Source of the DNA: a cyanobacterium endosymbiont of Epithemia turgida isolate EtSB Lake Yunoko
Lineage (GTDB): Bacteria > Cyanobacteriota > Cyanobacteriia > Cyanobacteriales > Microcystaceae
Length of the DNA stretch: 32,000 nt
Reading direction: 5' to 3'
NCBI RefSeq assembly: GCF_000829235.1
Contig: NZ_AP012549.1
Span: 2,250,001-2,282,000, forward strand
Within the stretch, counting starts at the first letter, position 1; each line of letters starts with the position of its first letter. A program made the translations under genes and the position numbers. A model generated the notes under the pieces. That model made no database searches. It saw only the letters and a list, made by a program, of their open reading frames with translations, and was not told the origin of the DNA. Shown here one piece after another: positions 9,366 to 19,038 of this stretch.

Positions 9366-10240
9366 ACATTTGATGGGGGTTGATACAAGTAATTAGTCAA
9401 GCTCAAAAATACTAAATAAATAAACTATATTAGTTTAATAAATTTAAATAACATAGCTAGTTTTATATTACTTAAATTACTATTGTTTATAGTCACTACT
9501 TCGAGCAATACCTTGTCAAACTACCTTAGTTAAATTAAATTATTTATCGTCTATTTTTATCTATTTTATAAAATTTTATTTAAAATAATTTTTATTATAT
9601 TAGGTTTATTTATAAGTTTTAATTCAATAGAATATATATATCTTTTAGATACCTCTTTATCTTAAATTTTAACCAAATTATTTTTTTAAAATTATTCTCT
9701 TAAATAGATCATAACATAATTAAAACTTTTATTTAATAAATATATTTCTATTGTATTTAGTTGTTATTTATTTATTTTTTTTAAAATTATCGTATTATTT
9801 CAGAATCATTTTATTTCTTAAAGAATTTATATAAAAACCGTTCATCTAAACGTGTTTCACGGTTTAATTACCTAATTTAATTTTTTAAAACTTTTTATAC
9901 TTTTGTATTTAAACATAATATTTTTGCTCTTATTCTCGTTCTGGAGAAAATATTTGGAGTACTGGTCAACTATAATTCTCACTCTTCTAATTTTATCAGA
10001 TGAATTTTCAACAAGACTAGTGTCTAGTGATTACTTTTTTATTCTAAATTAATTTCAGTTTACTTACTTAATATCTAAAATTTATAAACTACTTAAAATA
10101 TATTTATACCATAATATTCATCCCATAATATAAAATATATTGTCCTAGTTTATCAGGGATAAACTCTACTAAACTTACTTGATTTAGAAGTAAGTTAATA
10201 GCTTGCTAAAAACTTATATATAAACCTTGACTACAACTTT

Positions 10241-10486
10241 TTAAGTATGTTTATTAACATTGTTTTTTGGGGATTTTATTCTACTGAATGAAAACCACCA
10301 AACCTCTGTCCCAATTAATACTACTCCCCCCAATGTTACTAATATTTTTAATGGCAAGGGTTGTTCTAGATAATAGAATTGACTATTAGTTTCTCCAGGT
10401 TTTATCTTAGCGTAAGAAATAGAAATATTTCCTAGTATCAAGCTAAGACTTATCATGGCAAAAAAAAATATTTTTATTTTGTTCAT
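10241..10486 (-). CDS. Small signal-peptide/TM protein downstream of the copper ATPase (possibly a truncated remnant)
   Basis: 81 aa with an ATG start. It has an N-terminal signal-like segment and one TM helix ending in the motif EVWWFSFSR. It is on the same strand as the ATPase, 178 nt downstream. No family could be assigned. Confidence 0.35.
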   Translation of the reverse strand: MNKIKIFFFAMISLSLILGNISISYAKIKPGETNSQFYYLEQPLPLKILVTLGGVVLIGTEVWWFSFSRIKSPKNNVNKHT

Positions 10487-10664
10487 CAGGAAACTGCTTG
10501 TTAACAGTAAATAAGTAGAAACCTACAATTTTAAATAAATTTAAGATGACTATTTTACTAACCACTGTTAAAAACATTAATTTTTAACAGTGCTCATATC
10601 ACTTTATCTAAATTCTAACCGCTAAGGTAAAAACAAAAAACTATAGTAATCTTAAGTTTATTAG

Positions 10665-12935
10665 TTATTTGGGATTAAAATTTCGTAATCTTAAAGCATT
10701 CGTCACCACAGAAAAAGAACTAAAAGCCATTGCTGTTCCTGCAATCATAGGATTCAATAGCAACCCGCAAAAAGGATATAAAATTCCGGCGGCGATAGGA
10801 ATACCAAGACTATTATAAATATATGCAAAAAAGAGATTCTCTTTAATGTTTCTTATAGTGGCATGACTCAATTGAATTGCCGTGACAATGCCCCGTAAAT
10901 CCCCAGAAACTAATGTTAAATCACTGGCAGCCATTGCTACATCTGTCCCCGTCCCGAGCGCTATTCCCACATCAGCTTGTGCTAAAGCAGGTGCATCATT
11001 AATCCCATCTCCAACCATTGCTACAATTTTTTTTTCTCGTTTACAGCTATTTCTTTCTTGTTGAATTTGTTCAATGATACTAGCTTTTTGATCAGGAAGT
11101 ACTTGGGAAAAAACTCTTTGAATACCTACTTCAGAAGCTATAGCTTCCGCAGTTTTTTGATTGTCTCCTGTTAACATTACCACTTCCAACCCCATTCTCT
11201 GCAAGGATTTAACGGCCTCTAATGAAGAAGGCTTAGTTGCGTCTGCAATACCAATTAAACCCTCAAGTTGTCCATCTACAGCTATTAGAGCAGTTGTTTT
11301 GGCTTCACTTTCCCATTGTTGACGGGTGGCATCTAAAAATTGAGTATTAATATTCAACATATCCATCCATCTCTGTGTACCAATTTGTACTAGTTTCCCT
11401 AAAACTTCCCCCTGAACTCCCATTCCGACAACAGATTCAAAATTTATAACTTCAGGTAACGGTATCTTGACTCGTTGAGATTTAGCGTAATTAACCACTG
11501 CTTCGGCTAAAGGATGTTCAGATTTTTTTTCCAGAGCAGCCCCAAGTTTTAAGAGTTCTAGTTCATTACTATTAGCCACACCATTAACAGCAATATAGTT
11601 AGTAACAATAGGTTTTCCTTGAGTGATAGTTCCTGTTTTATCAAGAACAACAGTGTTTAATCTATGAGCTAGTTCTAAGCTATTTCCCCCCTTAATTAAA
11701 ATACCATTTTCTGCTCCTTTTCCTGTTCCAACCATAATGGATGTAGGTGTTGCTAAACCCAGGGCACAGGGACAGGCAATAATTAAAACTCCCACTGTTG
11801 TAATCATAGCTAGGGTGACATTTCCCATTGTATTAAACCAAATTACAAATGTCGCAATGGCAACGGCAATCACTGCTGGGACAAACCATCTAGTTACTTG
11901 ATCAGCTAATTGTTGAATTTGAGCTTTACTTCCTTGAGCATCTTGGACCAACTTAACAATCTGTGCCAACATTGCATCTTTTCCTACTTTTGTCGCTTTA
12001 AGTTTAAAACTTCCTGTCTTATTAATGGTTGCTCCAATTACCTCATCTCCTGCTTTTTTCTTAACAGGGATAGGTTCTCCTGTTATCATTGATTCATCAA
12101 TGGCAGATCCTCCCTCAACCACTTCGCCATCGACAGGGATTTTCTCTCCAGGACGTACTAAAATAACATCGTTCACAACTACTTCTTGAATAGGAATATC
12201 TATTTCTTGTTCATGGCGAATTACTCTGGCTGTTTTGGCTTGTAATCCCATTAATTTCCCTATCGCCTCTGAGGTTTTCGCCTTAGCTCTATGTTCTAAC
12301 ATTTTTCCTAATAAAACTAAGGTAATAACTACAGAAACGGTTTCGTAATAAACTTCTGTAACAATACCATGAGATTCAAAAATCTGTGGGAATATAGTTG
12401 TAAATAAAGAGTATAGATAAGCGACTCCAGTACCTAAAGAAACTAGAGTATCCATATTAGCCGAGTGAAATTTAAAGGACTTCCAAGCTCCGGCAAAAAA
12501 GTCTTTACCTACCCAAAAAATAACCGGAGTTGTCAAGAAAAATTGCACCCAAAAATTAGGTAAAAAGGAAGGAATCCAATCTATTTCTAATCCTATCATC
12601 ATCGGAAGACTCCCGATAACTAATAAGATACTAATAATAGAACCGACAAACAATTTATATCTCAATTTTTGTTGTTGGGCTACTTTTCTTGTTTTTTCTA
12701 AGTCTTCTTCGTCCGTTCTTTCTAAAACAGGATAAGCATTATAACCCGCGTCTTTTACTGCTTGTTGAATAACTGATAAATTGGTCTTTGTCGGATCATA
12801 GGTTACAGTTGCTTGAGAGATAGCAAAATTAACGTTGCCTTGAGTGACTCCCTCCACTTCTTGAATGACTTTTTCAATCGCAGAAGCACAACCAGCACAA
12901 CTCATTCCTTGTAGTTTTAAATGATAAGTTTTCAT
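10665..12935 (-). CDS. Copper-translocating P1B-type ATPase (CtaA/PacS/CopA-like)
   Basis: N-terminal HMA domain with [13 protein letters not shown] motif [13 protein letters not shown], phosphorylation site DKTGTIT, SEHPLA, and hinge [11 protein letters not shown]. The track ORF begins at a TTG (12962). The first ATG (12935, [16 protein letters not shown]) is the more likely start. Confidence 0.9.
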   Translation of the reverse strand: MKTYHLKLQGMSCAGCASAIEKVIQEVEGVTQGNVNFAISQATVTYDPTKTNLSVIQQAVKDAGYNAYPVLERTDEEDLEKTRKVAQQQKLRYKLFVGSIISILLVIGSLPMMIGLEIDWIPSFLPNFWVQFFLTTPVIFWVGKDFFAGAWKSFKFHSANMDTLVSLGTGVAYLYSLFTTIFPQIFESHGIVTEVYYETVSVVITLVLLGKMLEHRAKAKTSEAIGKLMGLQAKTARVIRHEQEIDIPIQEVVVNDVILVRPGEKIPVDGEVVEGGSAIDESMITGEPIPVKKKAGDEVIGATINKTGSFKLKATKVGKDAMLAQIVKLVQDAQGSKAQIQQLADQVTRWFVPAVIAVAIATFVIWFNTMGNVTLAMITTVGVLIIACPCALGLATPTSIMVGTGKGAENGILIKGGNSLELAHRLNTVVLDKTGTITQGKPIVTNYIAVNGVANSNELELLKLGAALEKKSEHPLAEAVVNYAKSQRVKIPLPEVINFESVVGMGVQGEVLGKLVQIGTQRWMDMLNINTQFLDATRQQWESEAKTTALIAVDGQLEGLIGIADATKPSSLEAVKSLQRMGLEVVMLTGDNQKTAEAIASEVGIQRVFSQVLPDQKASIIEQIQQERNSCKREKKIVAMVGDGINDAPALAQADVGIALGTGTDVAMAASDLTLVSGDLRGIVTAIQLSHATIRNIKENLFFAYIYNSLGIPIAAGILYPFCGLLLNPMIAGTAMAFSSFSVVTNALRLRNFNPK

Positions 12936-12999
12936 TCGAATTATAGCTTTGAGATTTTTCAAAAAAGTATACTGTCTAATATTTGACGATTTACTTAAA

Positions 13000-13400
13000 A
13001 TTAAAGAAAAAATTTGAGTAAATTAGTCTAAGGATAGAGATGAGCTATCCAATTAGTTTGATATTGCTCTAATTCAGGTTTTAAAAAGATCATTTGCTTA
13101 ATGTTCATTTATAGGTTTTTTATTTTACTATCTAGCAAACTTTGTGCTAAATGACAAAGTGTTTTTTCGAACTTTATCCACTGAAAATTGGCTTGATCTT
13201 TTTGAGTGTAAAGCTAAGAAATTAGGCTTTTCTACAAATTTCATCTATTGACTCATCTCTAAAATCTAATAAAAATAGTTATTTTCATCTCTTTTTACGG
13301 GTTCAAGAAAGCTTAAGTCGCTGTAATAGCGTAAATTTTCTGTAGATAAACCTGTTTGTTGGGTCAATTCACTAATTTTGAGATATGATACTGTATTCAT
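13000..13400 (-). pseudogene. MerR-family transcriptional regulator pseudogene
   Basis: From the ATG at 13400 the sequence reads MNTVSYLKISELTQQTGLSTENLRYYSDLSFLEPVKRDENNYFY*. This is a typical MerR N-terminal HTH (xIGELAxxTGxSxxTLRYYExxGLLxP). The same frame continues ILEMSQ*MKFVEKPNFLALHSKRSSQFSV..., resembling the MerR dimerisation helix but with further stops. The 3-prime boundary is approximate. Confidence 0.65.
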
Positions 13401-13476
13401 AACGGTAGGTATAACGAATATTTTTCTACTAATTGGTGTAGATTTTTTAGTTAATTTAAAATTAATAAGCTAATAG

Positions 13477-15309
13477 TTATTTTTTGTTCTTCATTATTTG
13501 TAGCTTGTATAAAGCATTATATAATCCTCCTTTTTTTAATAATTCTTGATGATTTCCAGATTCCAGTAACTCACCTTGTTTAAATACAAAAATGCGATCT
13601 ACATTCCGAATAGTTGAAAGTCGATGAGCGATGATAACGGCGGTTTTCTGATTTAATAAATTGTCTAATGCATCTTGAATTAATACCTCTGTTTGTAAGT
13701 CCAAACTAGAAGTAGCTTCATCCAAAACCAAAATGCGAGGATTACGAATAGCTACTCTAGCAAATGCTAATAATTGTTTTTGTCCTTCAGACAAATTTGT
13801 TCCTCTTTCCCGAACTTTAGTTTTATAACCTTGAGGGAGTTCCTCAATAAATTGCTCAATATTAGTTATTCTAGCCGCTTTTTGTACCTGTTCAAAACAA
13901 TAATTTTCTCCTAAAGTAATGTTACGTATAACGTCTCCTGCAAAAAGAAAATTTTCTTGTAAGATGACACCAATATATCGCCGTAGTTCGGTTTTAGAAA
14001 TTTCTCGAATATCCACGCCATCAATAAGAATTCTTCCTTGAATAGGATCATAAAGACGACATAATAAACGAATAATAGAACTTTTTCCAGCTCCAGTAGG
14101 ACCTACAAATGCAACCTTTTCTCCTGCATGAATGGTAAAATCTAAATTCTTGAGAACATACTTATCTTTGTTATAACCAAACCAAACATTTTCAAAACAA
14201 ATTTTACCACTTATATTCTGCTGATAGAAACTTGATAAAGAGTATACTTTATCTTCAGGTTCAAGAATTTTAATCTTTTCATTCATTAACTCACTAATAC
14301 GTTCTATCGCTGTAAATCCAGCTTGAAACATGGTTAATTTATCAGCTAGTTGACGCAAAGGATTAAACAAGCGTTGTGCGTAAAGAATAAATGCAGATAA
14401 AGTACCAAAAGTAATTGCTTCATCGACAATAAAAACTCCTCCTAACCATAAAACTCCTGCGATTGCTACTAAACTAATCCATTCTAAGGTTGCAGAAACA
14501 GCCGAGTCATGGAAAATTGTTTCGTCAACTTTTTTGCGATATCGTTCATTGGTAGAACGAAATAATTCTGAATTAAAAAGTTCTCGGCGAAACAATTGAA
14601 CAACGTTAATTCCAGCTATATTTTCCTGTAATATAGAATTGAGTGTGGAAAGTTCTTCTCTTGCTTTGTAATTTGCTTTTCGATATTGACTTTGAAAATA
14701 GATAATTAATACAGTAACAGGAATCATCATTAAAACCAGCATTAATGCTAATTCTACTTGTACTGTAATCATGATGATGATCATTGCGAAAATATAAATA
14801 CCATCACTTAAAACGCTAATTGCACCGCTAGAAAATACATCTCCTAATATCTCAACATCACTGGTTAATCGTGTCACTAAACTTCCTACTGGAGTACGAT
14901 TAAAGAAGCTCATTCCTAATAAAGAAATATGAGTAAATAAATTTTTACGTATGTCTGCGATAATTATTTGACCTATTTTTTGAATAAAATATCCTTGAAA
15001 AGAAGTGCAACAAACACGGATAATAACTGTGATTAATAATAATATACTCAGCCATGTTATGCCTTGTTCTATAGAAAGATTTCTTAAAAACTTCCATGTA
15101 GACTCCTGACGTAAAAGAGAGATAGCCTGTCCAAGAATTAAAGGTTGTATCGCCCCAGCAGTAGCTGATGGTATAAGTAACCCCATCACCAGTGACAATA
15201 AATGGATATGGCGATGTAAATAAGGAACTAGTCTAAGGATAAGTTTTCTATTACTCTCATTGAGATAGTTCAAGTTTTTGTGTTGACGTATAGGTGAAAA
15301 AATAGCCAT
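13477..15309 (-). CDS. ABC exporter, fused permease/ATPase (MsbA/MdlB-like)
   Basis: Six-TM exporter domain followed by an NBD: Walker A GPTGAGKSS, signature LSEGQKQ, Walker B ILVLDEATSSLD. The track ORF starts at a TTG (15423) with a low-complexity 38-aa extension. The ATG at 15309 (MAIFSPIRQHK...) is more plausible. Confidence 0.85.
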   Translation of the reverse strand: MAIFSPIRQHKNLNYLNESNRKLILRLVPYLHRHIHLLSLVMGLLIPSATAGAIQPLILGQAISLLRQESTWKFLRNLSIEQGITWLSILLLITVIIRVCCTSFQGYFIQKIGQIIIADIRKNLFTHISLLGMSFFNRTPVGSLVTRLTSDVEILGDVFSSGAISVLSDGIYIFAMIIIMITVQVELALMLVLMMIPVTVLIIYFQSQYRKANYKAREELSTLNSILQENIAGINVVQLFRRELFNSELFRSTNERYRKKVDETIFHDSAVSATLEWISLVAIAGVLWLGGVFIVDEAITFGTLSAFILYAQRLFNPLRQLADKLTMFQAGFTAIERISELMNEKIKILEPEDKVYSLSSFYQQNISGKICFENVWFGYNKDKYVLKNLDFTIHAGEKVAFVGPTGAGKSSIIRLLCRLYDPIQGRILIDGVDIREISKTELRRYIGVILQENFLFAGDVIRNITLGENYCFEQVQKAARITNIEQFIEELPQGYKTKVRERGTNLSEGQKQLLAFARVAIRNPRILVLDEATSSLDLQTEVLIQDALDNLLNQKTAVIIAHRLSTIRNVDRIFVFKQGELLESGNHQELLKKGGLYNALYKLQIMKNKK

Positions 15310-15912
15310 AGAGTTAATAGTTAAGAGGTTATGATTAAGGTAAGTTAAATAAAATACCACATAGTTCCAGTTAGTATTTTTTTTCTCAAATAGGGGGTAT
15401 TCATAGAAAAATAGATATGTCAATTAGTAAAATAACATTTCATGAGTAATAAATCTACTAACTAATTAGTAATTACTGATTATTGATTTTAATAAAAGTA
15501 CATTTTTTTATATATTAACTTTTTTTTGTTTTAAATAATTGACTCTTTTCTACTAAATAAATTAAGTTTAATTCAGTTAATATAATTTATATCATAACAA
15601 TTTTGACAATATATTAAGTTGTATTATAAATCTCATAAAAAATAAGATGATCATCCAGAATAAACATAGAAAACCTACAAGATAACTCAAGATACATTAG
15701 ATGTTCTAGTTTGGAGAAACTCCATACACTAATATAGTTAACTTCCTAAGAATATAATTTATTTATAAATAAATATCCACTGCCATGGAGTAAGTAATAA
15801 ATTTTTAATAAAAACCATTGTTCCGTAAAGCTTAAGAGCAATTAATGATGTGCTAACAATAGCAAATATTTCTAAATATATTGAACGTAACCCTATTTTA
15901 TTTTTAAAATTT

Positions 15913-15969
15913 ATAATAGACAATATAATTGCTCTTGAAATTTTCAAGAGCAATTATATTGTCTATTAT
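15913..15969. repeat. Perfect palindrome, 28-bp arms (15913-15940 / 15942-15969)
   Basis: ATAATAGACAATATAATTGCTCTTGAAA t TTTCAAGAGCAATTATATTGTCTATTAT. It generates the two mirror-image spurious ORFs 15759..15953(-) and 15850..16038(+). Confidence 0.95.
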
Positions 15970-16200
15970 TTTTTATCTTTTGATAGTAAAAATGTGATTA
16001 ATATGCCAAAGCAGAGGATTATAGAGTCTCTAGAATAACTAAAAACCTGTGTATTTTTTTTAAAAAAAATATAAATAAATAAACTACAAACAAGCTTAAC
16101 TATTACAATTAGCACAATATTATTAATTGGAATTAAATGTAAGATAGTGAAAATAAAGGTATTACAATGTACAGGAAAAATTTATAGATAAGCTAGAATT

Positions 16201-16237
16201 AGTTGATTATCTTTTTTTAAAAAAAAGATAATCAACT
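16201..16237. repeat. Perfect palindrome, 18-bp arms, 1-nt spacer
   Basis: AGTTGATTATCTTTTTTT a AAAAAAAGATAATCAACT. Confidence 0.9.
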
Positions 16238-16299
16238 AAAATTTATTTTTATAAATTTAAATTATCCAACTAAAATGTAACTATTGACTACCACTAAAA

Positions 16300-16329
16300 C
16301 ATTGATAAAAAATGTATTTTTTATCAATG
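16300..16329. repeat. Perfect hairpin, 14-bp arms, 2-nt spacer
   Basis: CATTGATAAAAAAT gt ATTTTTTATCAATG. Confidence 0.85.
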
Positions 16330-16786
16330 TTAACCATTTTATCTTGCTTTACTGTAACCAAAGAATGTGTTTCACATCTGCCATAGATTTAATTTTTTAG
16401 TCAACTCTATATTATTAGTTATTCTATCAAAAAATAGAATCCTAGAGTAAAGTACAAAGTTAAAGCTTTTTACTTTGTACAAGATCACTAACTCTGGCAA
16501 ACACTATATTTGATCATGAAACTTTAGGGGAAGAACTTGATGAATTAAAGGACTATACACTTTAATTTTTATGGTACTTATTATTTCCTAGAGGGTATCA
16601 GTCATAATTTTTACTTTTCTTCACAATTTTTCTCAAAAAACACTCAACTTTTCTGAAGAATCAAGTACATGCCAATTAATTTTTTTAATTGGGACAAACA
16701 AAAATCAGGGTTAACCCTATAAGAGCAAGGATGACATCCTAACCACATCAAAAAATTAGTTTTGGGATCAGATAATCGCAACTATT

Positions 16787-16828
16787 ATAAAAGTATCGTT
16801 TGATAACTTTGTCAAACGATACTTTTAT
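16787..16828. repeat. Perfect hairpin, 17-bp arms, 8-nt loop
   Basis: ATAAAAGTATCGTTTGA taactttg TCAAACGATACTTTTAT. Confidence 0.9.
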
Positions 16829-17128
16829 GGCAATTAATAAAGATAAGTTAATTGCGGTTAAATTAACATATCTTTATTGATTGCCAACTCAAAGAGTTGT
16901 ATTCAAAATTATAAAAAATCGTGAAATCTGTCTAAAAATATTAAAATTTTTAGAAATTTTAAGTATTAAAAACCCTTTTAAAAATGAAATTGTTCTATTT
17001 TATGTTTTATTTAAAACTGTAGTTTACGTACATCCTAGAACAATTCAAGAGTGTGTTGCGTTATGCTAATACACCCTTGAATATCGATATTGTTATGTTA
17101 ACTTCTTCGAACAGACAATTAACTTTAT

Positions 17129-17545
17129 TTACTGACAGGTTTCACATAATCCCTGAACTGTAATTTCGTAACTGTCTATAGTTAAACCAGCACGAAGAGA
17201 ATTCAGATTAATTGATTGAAAAGCATCCCAGTTAATATCTTCTATTTTCTCACATTTCCGACAACGGAAATGATGATGAGGAGAAACATTCGCATCATAT
17301 CGAGAGACTCCCTCTTGTAACAAAACTTCTCGAATCAAATTGACTTCTCTTAGGGTCTGCAAGGCACTATAAACTGTCGCTTGAGAAGAAATAAAAATCT
17401 CTCTATTGAGATCCGTCAAAATCTGTTCGGCTGTAGGATGATCTCCACGCAATCGCAAATTAGCATAGACGGCAAAGCGTTGAGGTGTTATCCTCAACCC
17501 TTTTGACTTCAAGATTGTCACAATTTCACTTTTGTGAGCACTCAT
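17129..17545 (-). CDS. perR: Fur-family transcriptional repressor, PerR-like
   Basis: 138 aa. Winged-helix segment RITPQRFAVYANL...HPTAEQI, His cluster SPHHHFRCRKCEKI, and C-terminal CETCQ (CxxC pairs). It is divergently transcribed from a type-II peroxiredoxin, the arrangement known for Synechocystis PerR slr1738 and sll1621. Confidence 0.75.
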   Translation of the reverse strand: MSAHKSEIVTILKSKGLRITPQRFAVYANLRLRGDHPTAEQILTDLNREIFISSQATVYSALQTLREVNLIREVLLQEGVSRYDANVSPHHHFRCRKCEKIEDINWDAFQSINLNSLRAGLTIDSYEITVQGLCETCQ

Positions 17546-17573
17546 TTTTGTTTTTAGACTTTAATTTTCCCAG

Positions 17574-17601
17574 ATTTTAACGATTCCCATTGTAGCGTCA
17601 A
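17574..17601 (-). promoter_or_regulatory. Candidate perR promoter
   Basis: On the minus strand, TTGACG (17601-17596), a 16-nt spacer, then TAAAAT (17579-17574), about 30 nt upstream of the ATG at 17545. Confidence 0.35.
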
Positions 17602-17644
17602 CTCTATGTAGTAACTTTTCCTAGAATTTAGATTATTAAAACCC

Positions 17645-17673
17645 TTGACAAGTTCTTAAATGAGAACTATTCT
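17645..17673 (+). promoter_or_regulatory. Candidate prx promoter with an embedded palindromic operator
   Basis: TTGACA (17645-17650), a 17-nt spacer, then TATTCT (17668-17673). The spacer is the inverted repeat AGTTCT-taaatg-AGAACT (17651-17668). It lies about 65 nt upstream of the prx ATG. Confidence 0.45.
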
Positions 17674-17738
17674 TATGCAAAGTTACAGCAAAAACTGTAT
17701 ACAATCACACTACATAACAAAGTGAGGTAACAAAACAT

Positions 17739-18311
17739 ATGGCTGTCATTGAAAAAGTTCCCCATGCTGTCTTTAAGACTCGCATCCGTGATGAGTCTGT
17801 TAGTGGACCTAACCCTTACCGTTGGCAAGATCTGACCACCCAAGAAATTTTTGCTGGTAAAAAAGTCGTTGTTTTCTCTTTACCTGGGGCATTTACTCCC
17901 ACTTGTTCATCTAACCACTTACCTCGTTATGAAGAGTTATACAAAGAGTTCAAGGCACAAGGAGTAGATCAGATCATTTGTCTGTCTGTTAATGATGCTT
18001 TTGTTATGTTTCAATGGGGCAAGCAACAAGCTGCCACTAATGTATTTTTACTTCCCGACGGTAACGGAGAATTCACCCGTAAAATGGGAATGTTAGTTGA
18101 TAAGTCTAACCTCGGGTTCGGAATGCGTTCCTGGCGTTATTCCATGTTGGTTAACGACTGCAAGATTGAAAAAATCTTCATGGAACCTGAATTTTCCGAT
18201 AACTGTCCTACTGATCCCTTTGAAGTATCTGACGCTGACACTATGTTAGCTTATCTCAAAGGAACAAAATCCAAGGGTGTTTCTGAACCCCGTAAAGCAT
18301 TTGTCGGTTAA
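17739..18311 (+). CDS. Type II (Prx5-like) peroxiredoxin
   Basis: 190 aa. [12 protein letters not shown] contains the peroxidatic Cys motif PGAFTPTC. Near-collinear resemblance to cyanobacterial PrxII (sll1621-type): [11 protein letters not shown]...[32 protein letters not shown]. Confidence 0.9.
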   Translation: MAVIEKVPHAVFKTRIRDESVSGPNPYRWQDLTTQEIFAGKKVVVFSLPGAFTPTCSSNHLPRYEELYKEFKAQGVDQIICLSVNDAFVMFQWGKQQAATNVFLLPDGNGEFTRKMGMLVDKSNLGFGMRSWRYSMLVNDCKIEKIFMEPEFSDNCPTDPFEVSDADTMLAYLKGTKSKGVSEPRKAFVG

Positions 18312-18346
18312 TTAATAATCAAACTTAAAATTTGTACAAAATCTAG

Positions 18347-18385
18347 AAGTAGGGGCGAACAGTCATTCCCCCCTACTTTTTTTAA
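18347..18385 (+). terminator. Rho-independent terminator of prx
   Basis: Stem AAGTAGGGG (18347-18355) pairs with CCCCTACTT (18370-18378), followed by a T-run. It starts 36 nt after the stop codon. Confidence 0.65.
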
Positions 18386-18792
18386 AAATAAAAAACTGGA
18401 GTAGGCTTCTCAGTCGTCTCCAGCGCTGTCACGGAATTCAATTCTGTTCTATAGGTAGTTTAACTGCTTATTAATGGTACATCTTTGAAGTAGATGCTAA
18501 TTTGTTTTTTATAATCCTTAAAACCTTGATCTTTATTGGCTTTGAGTGCTTTAATCTACCTTTGTAGAGTGAGTGCTCACATCAGAAATACAAAGAAGTA
18601 GCTTTTATGGCTTGAATACCTTGACATGAGCCTTATTAACCCTGAGTGCATTAATAGTAGTCCGTACTTCTATAAATACTATACCCCTACAGTAAAAATA
18701 TTGGTTCCCTAGCCCAAAATAAATTTTTTTCTTGAATCTAATCCTTGTCGGAACTAAATTCTGATGTTTGAGTACAAAACTGATCAATCTAA

Positions 18793-18846
18793 TAAATGTT
18801 GTCGAGGTAAATGTTGTCGAGGTAAATGTTGTCGAGGTAAATGTTG
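18793..18846. repeat. 15-bp tandem repeat, about 3.6 copies (TAAATGTTGTCGAGG)
   Basis: Three exact head-to-tail copies plus a 9-nt partial copy, in a non-coding spacer about 190 nt downstream of the rqcH-like stop. Confidence 0.95.
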
Positions 18847-19038
18847 ATTAAAAAGTTAATTAAACAGAAACCCAGTGACCGTAATCACTGGTAGCTCAAA
18901 ATAGTCTTGTTATTGATCCTTTCAAAAATTTTGTTTGAATAATGGTTGCGTCTTTCCAAGACACCAACTTGACGAAACGGGAAAAGACTGTGACATCGAG
19001 CATCATTATTTCATTATTCGTAGTATTTATAGAAAAAA

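Noticed and set aside
9300-9500. Replication origin or terminus at the A/T-skew switch
   Set aside because: There is no cluster of DnaA-box-like sequences (TTATCCACA/TTTTCCACA). The only near matches are isolated, at about 25585 and 29997. No dnaA or dnaN lies nearby. Convergent decayed genes explain the skew more simply. A genome-wide skew plot is needed to be sure.
12936-12962. N-terminal extensions in the ORF track (ATPase 12962, ABC exporter 15423, small ORF 26059)
   Set aside because: Each starts at a TTG and adds non-conserved residues upstream of a good ATG. For the ATPase, that ATG lies immediately before the HMA domain. I annotated the ATG starts instead.
15759-16038. Overlapping ORFs 15759..15953(-) and 15850..16038(+)
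   Set aside because: Both run through the 28-bp-arm palindrome at 15913-15969 and are mirror images of each other. They are low-complexity and AT-rich, and one has a non-ATG start. They are artefacts of the palindrome. ORFs 16881..17069(+, TTG start) and 18605..18787(-) are likewise AT-rich with no recognisable features.
18793-18846. Possible CRISPR array
   Set aside because: The repeats are only 15 bp and directly abutting, with no spacers. No cas genes are present in the window. This is a simple tandem repeat.
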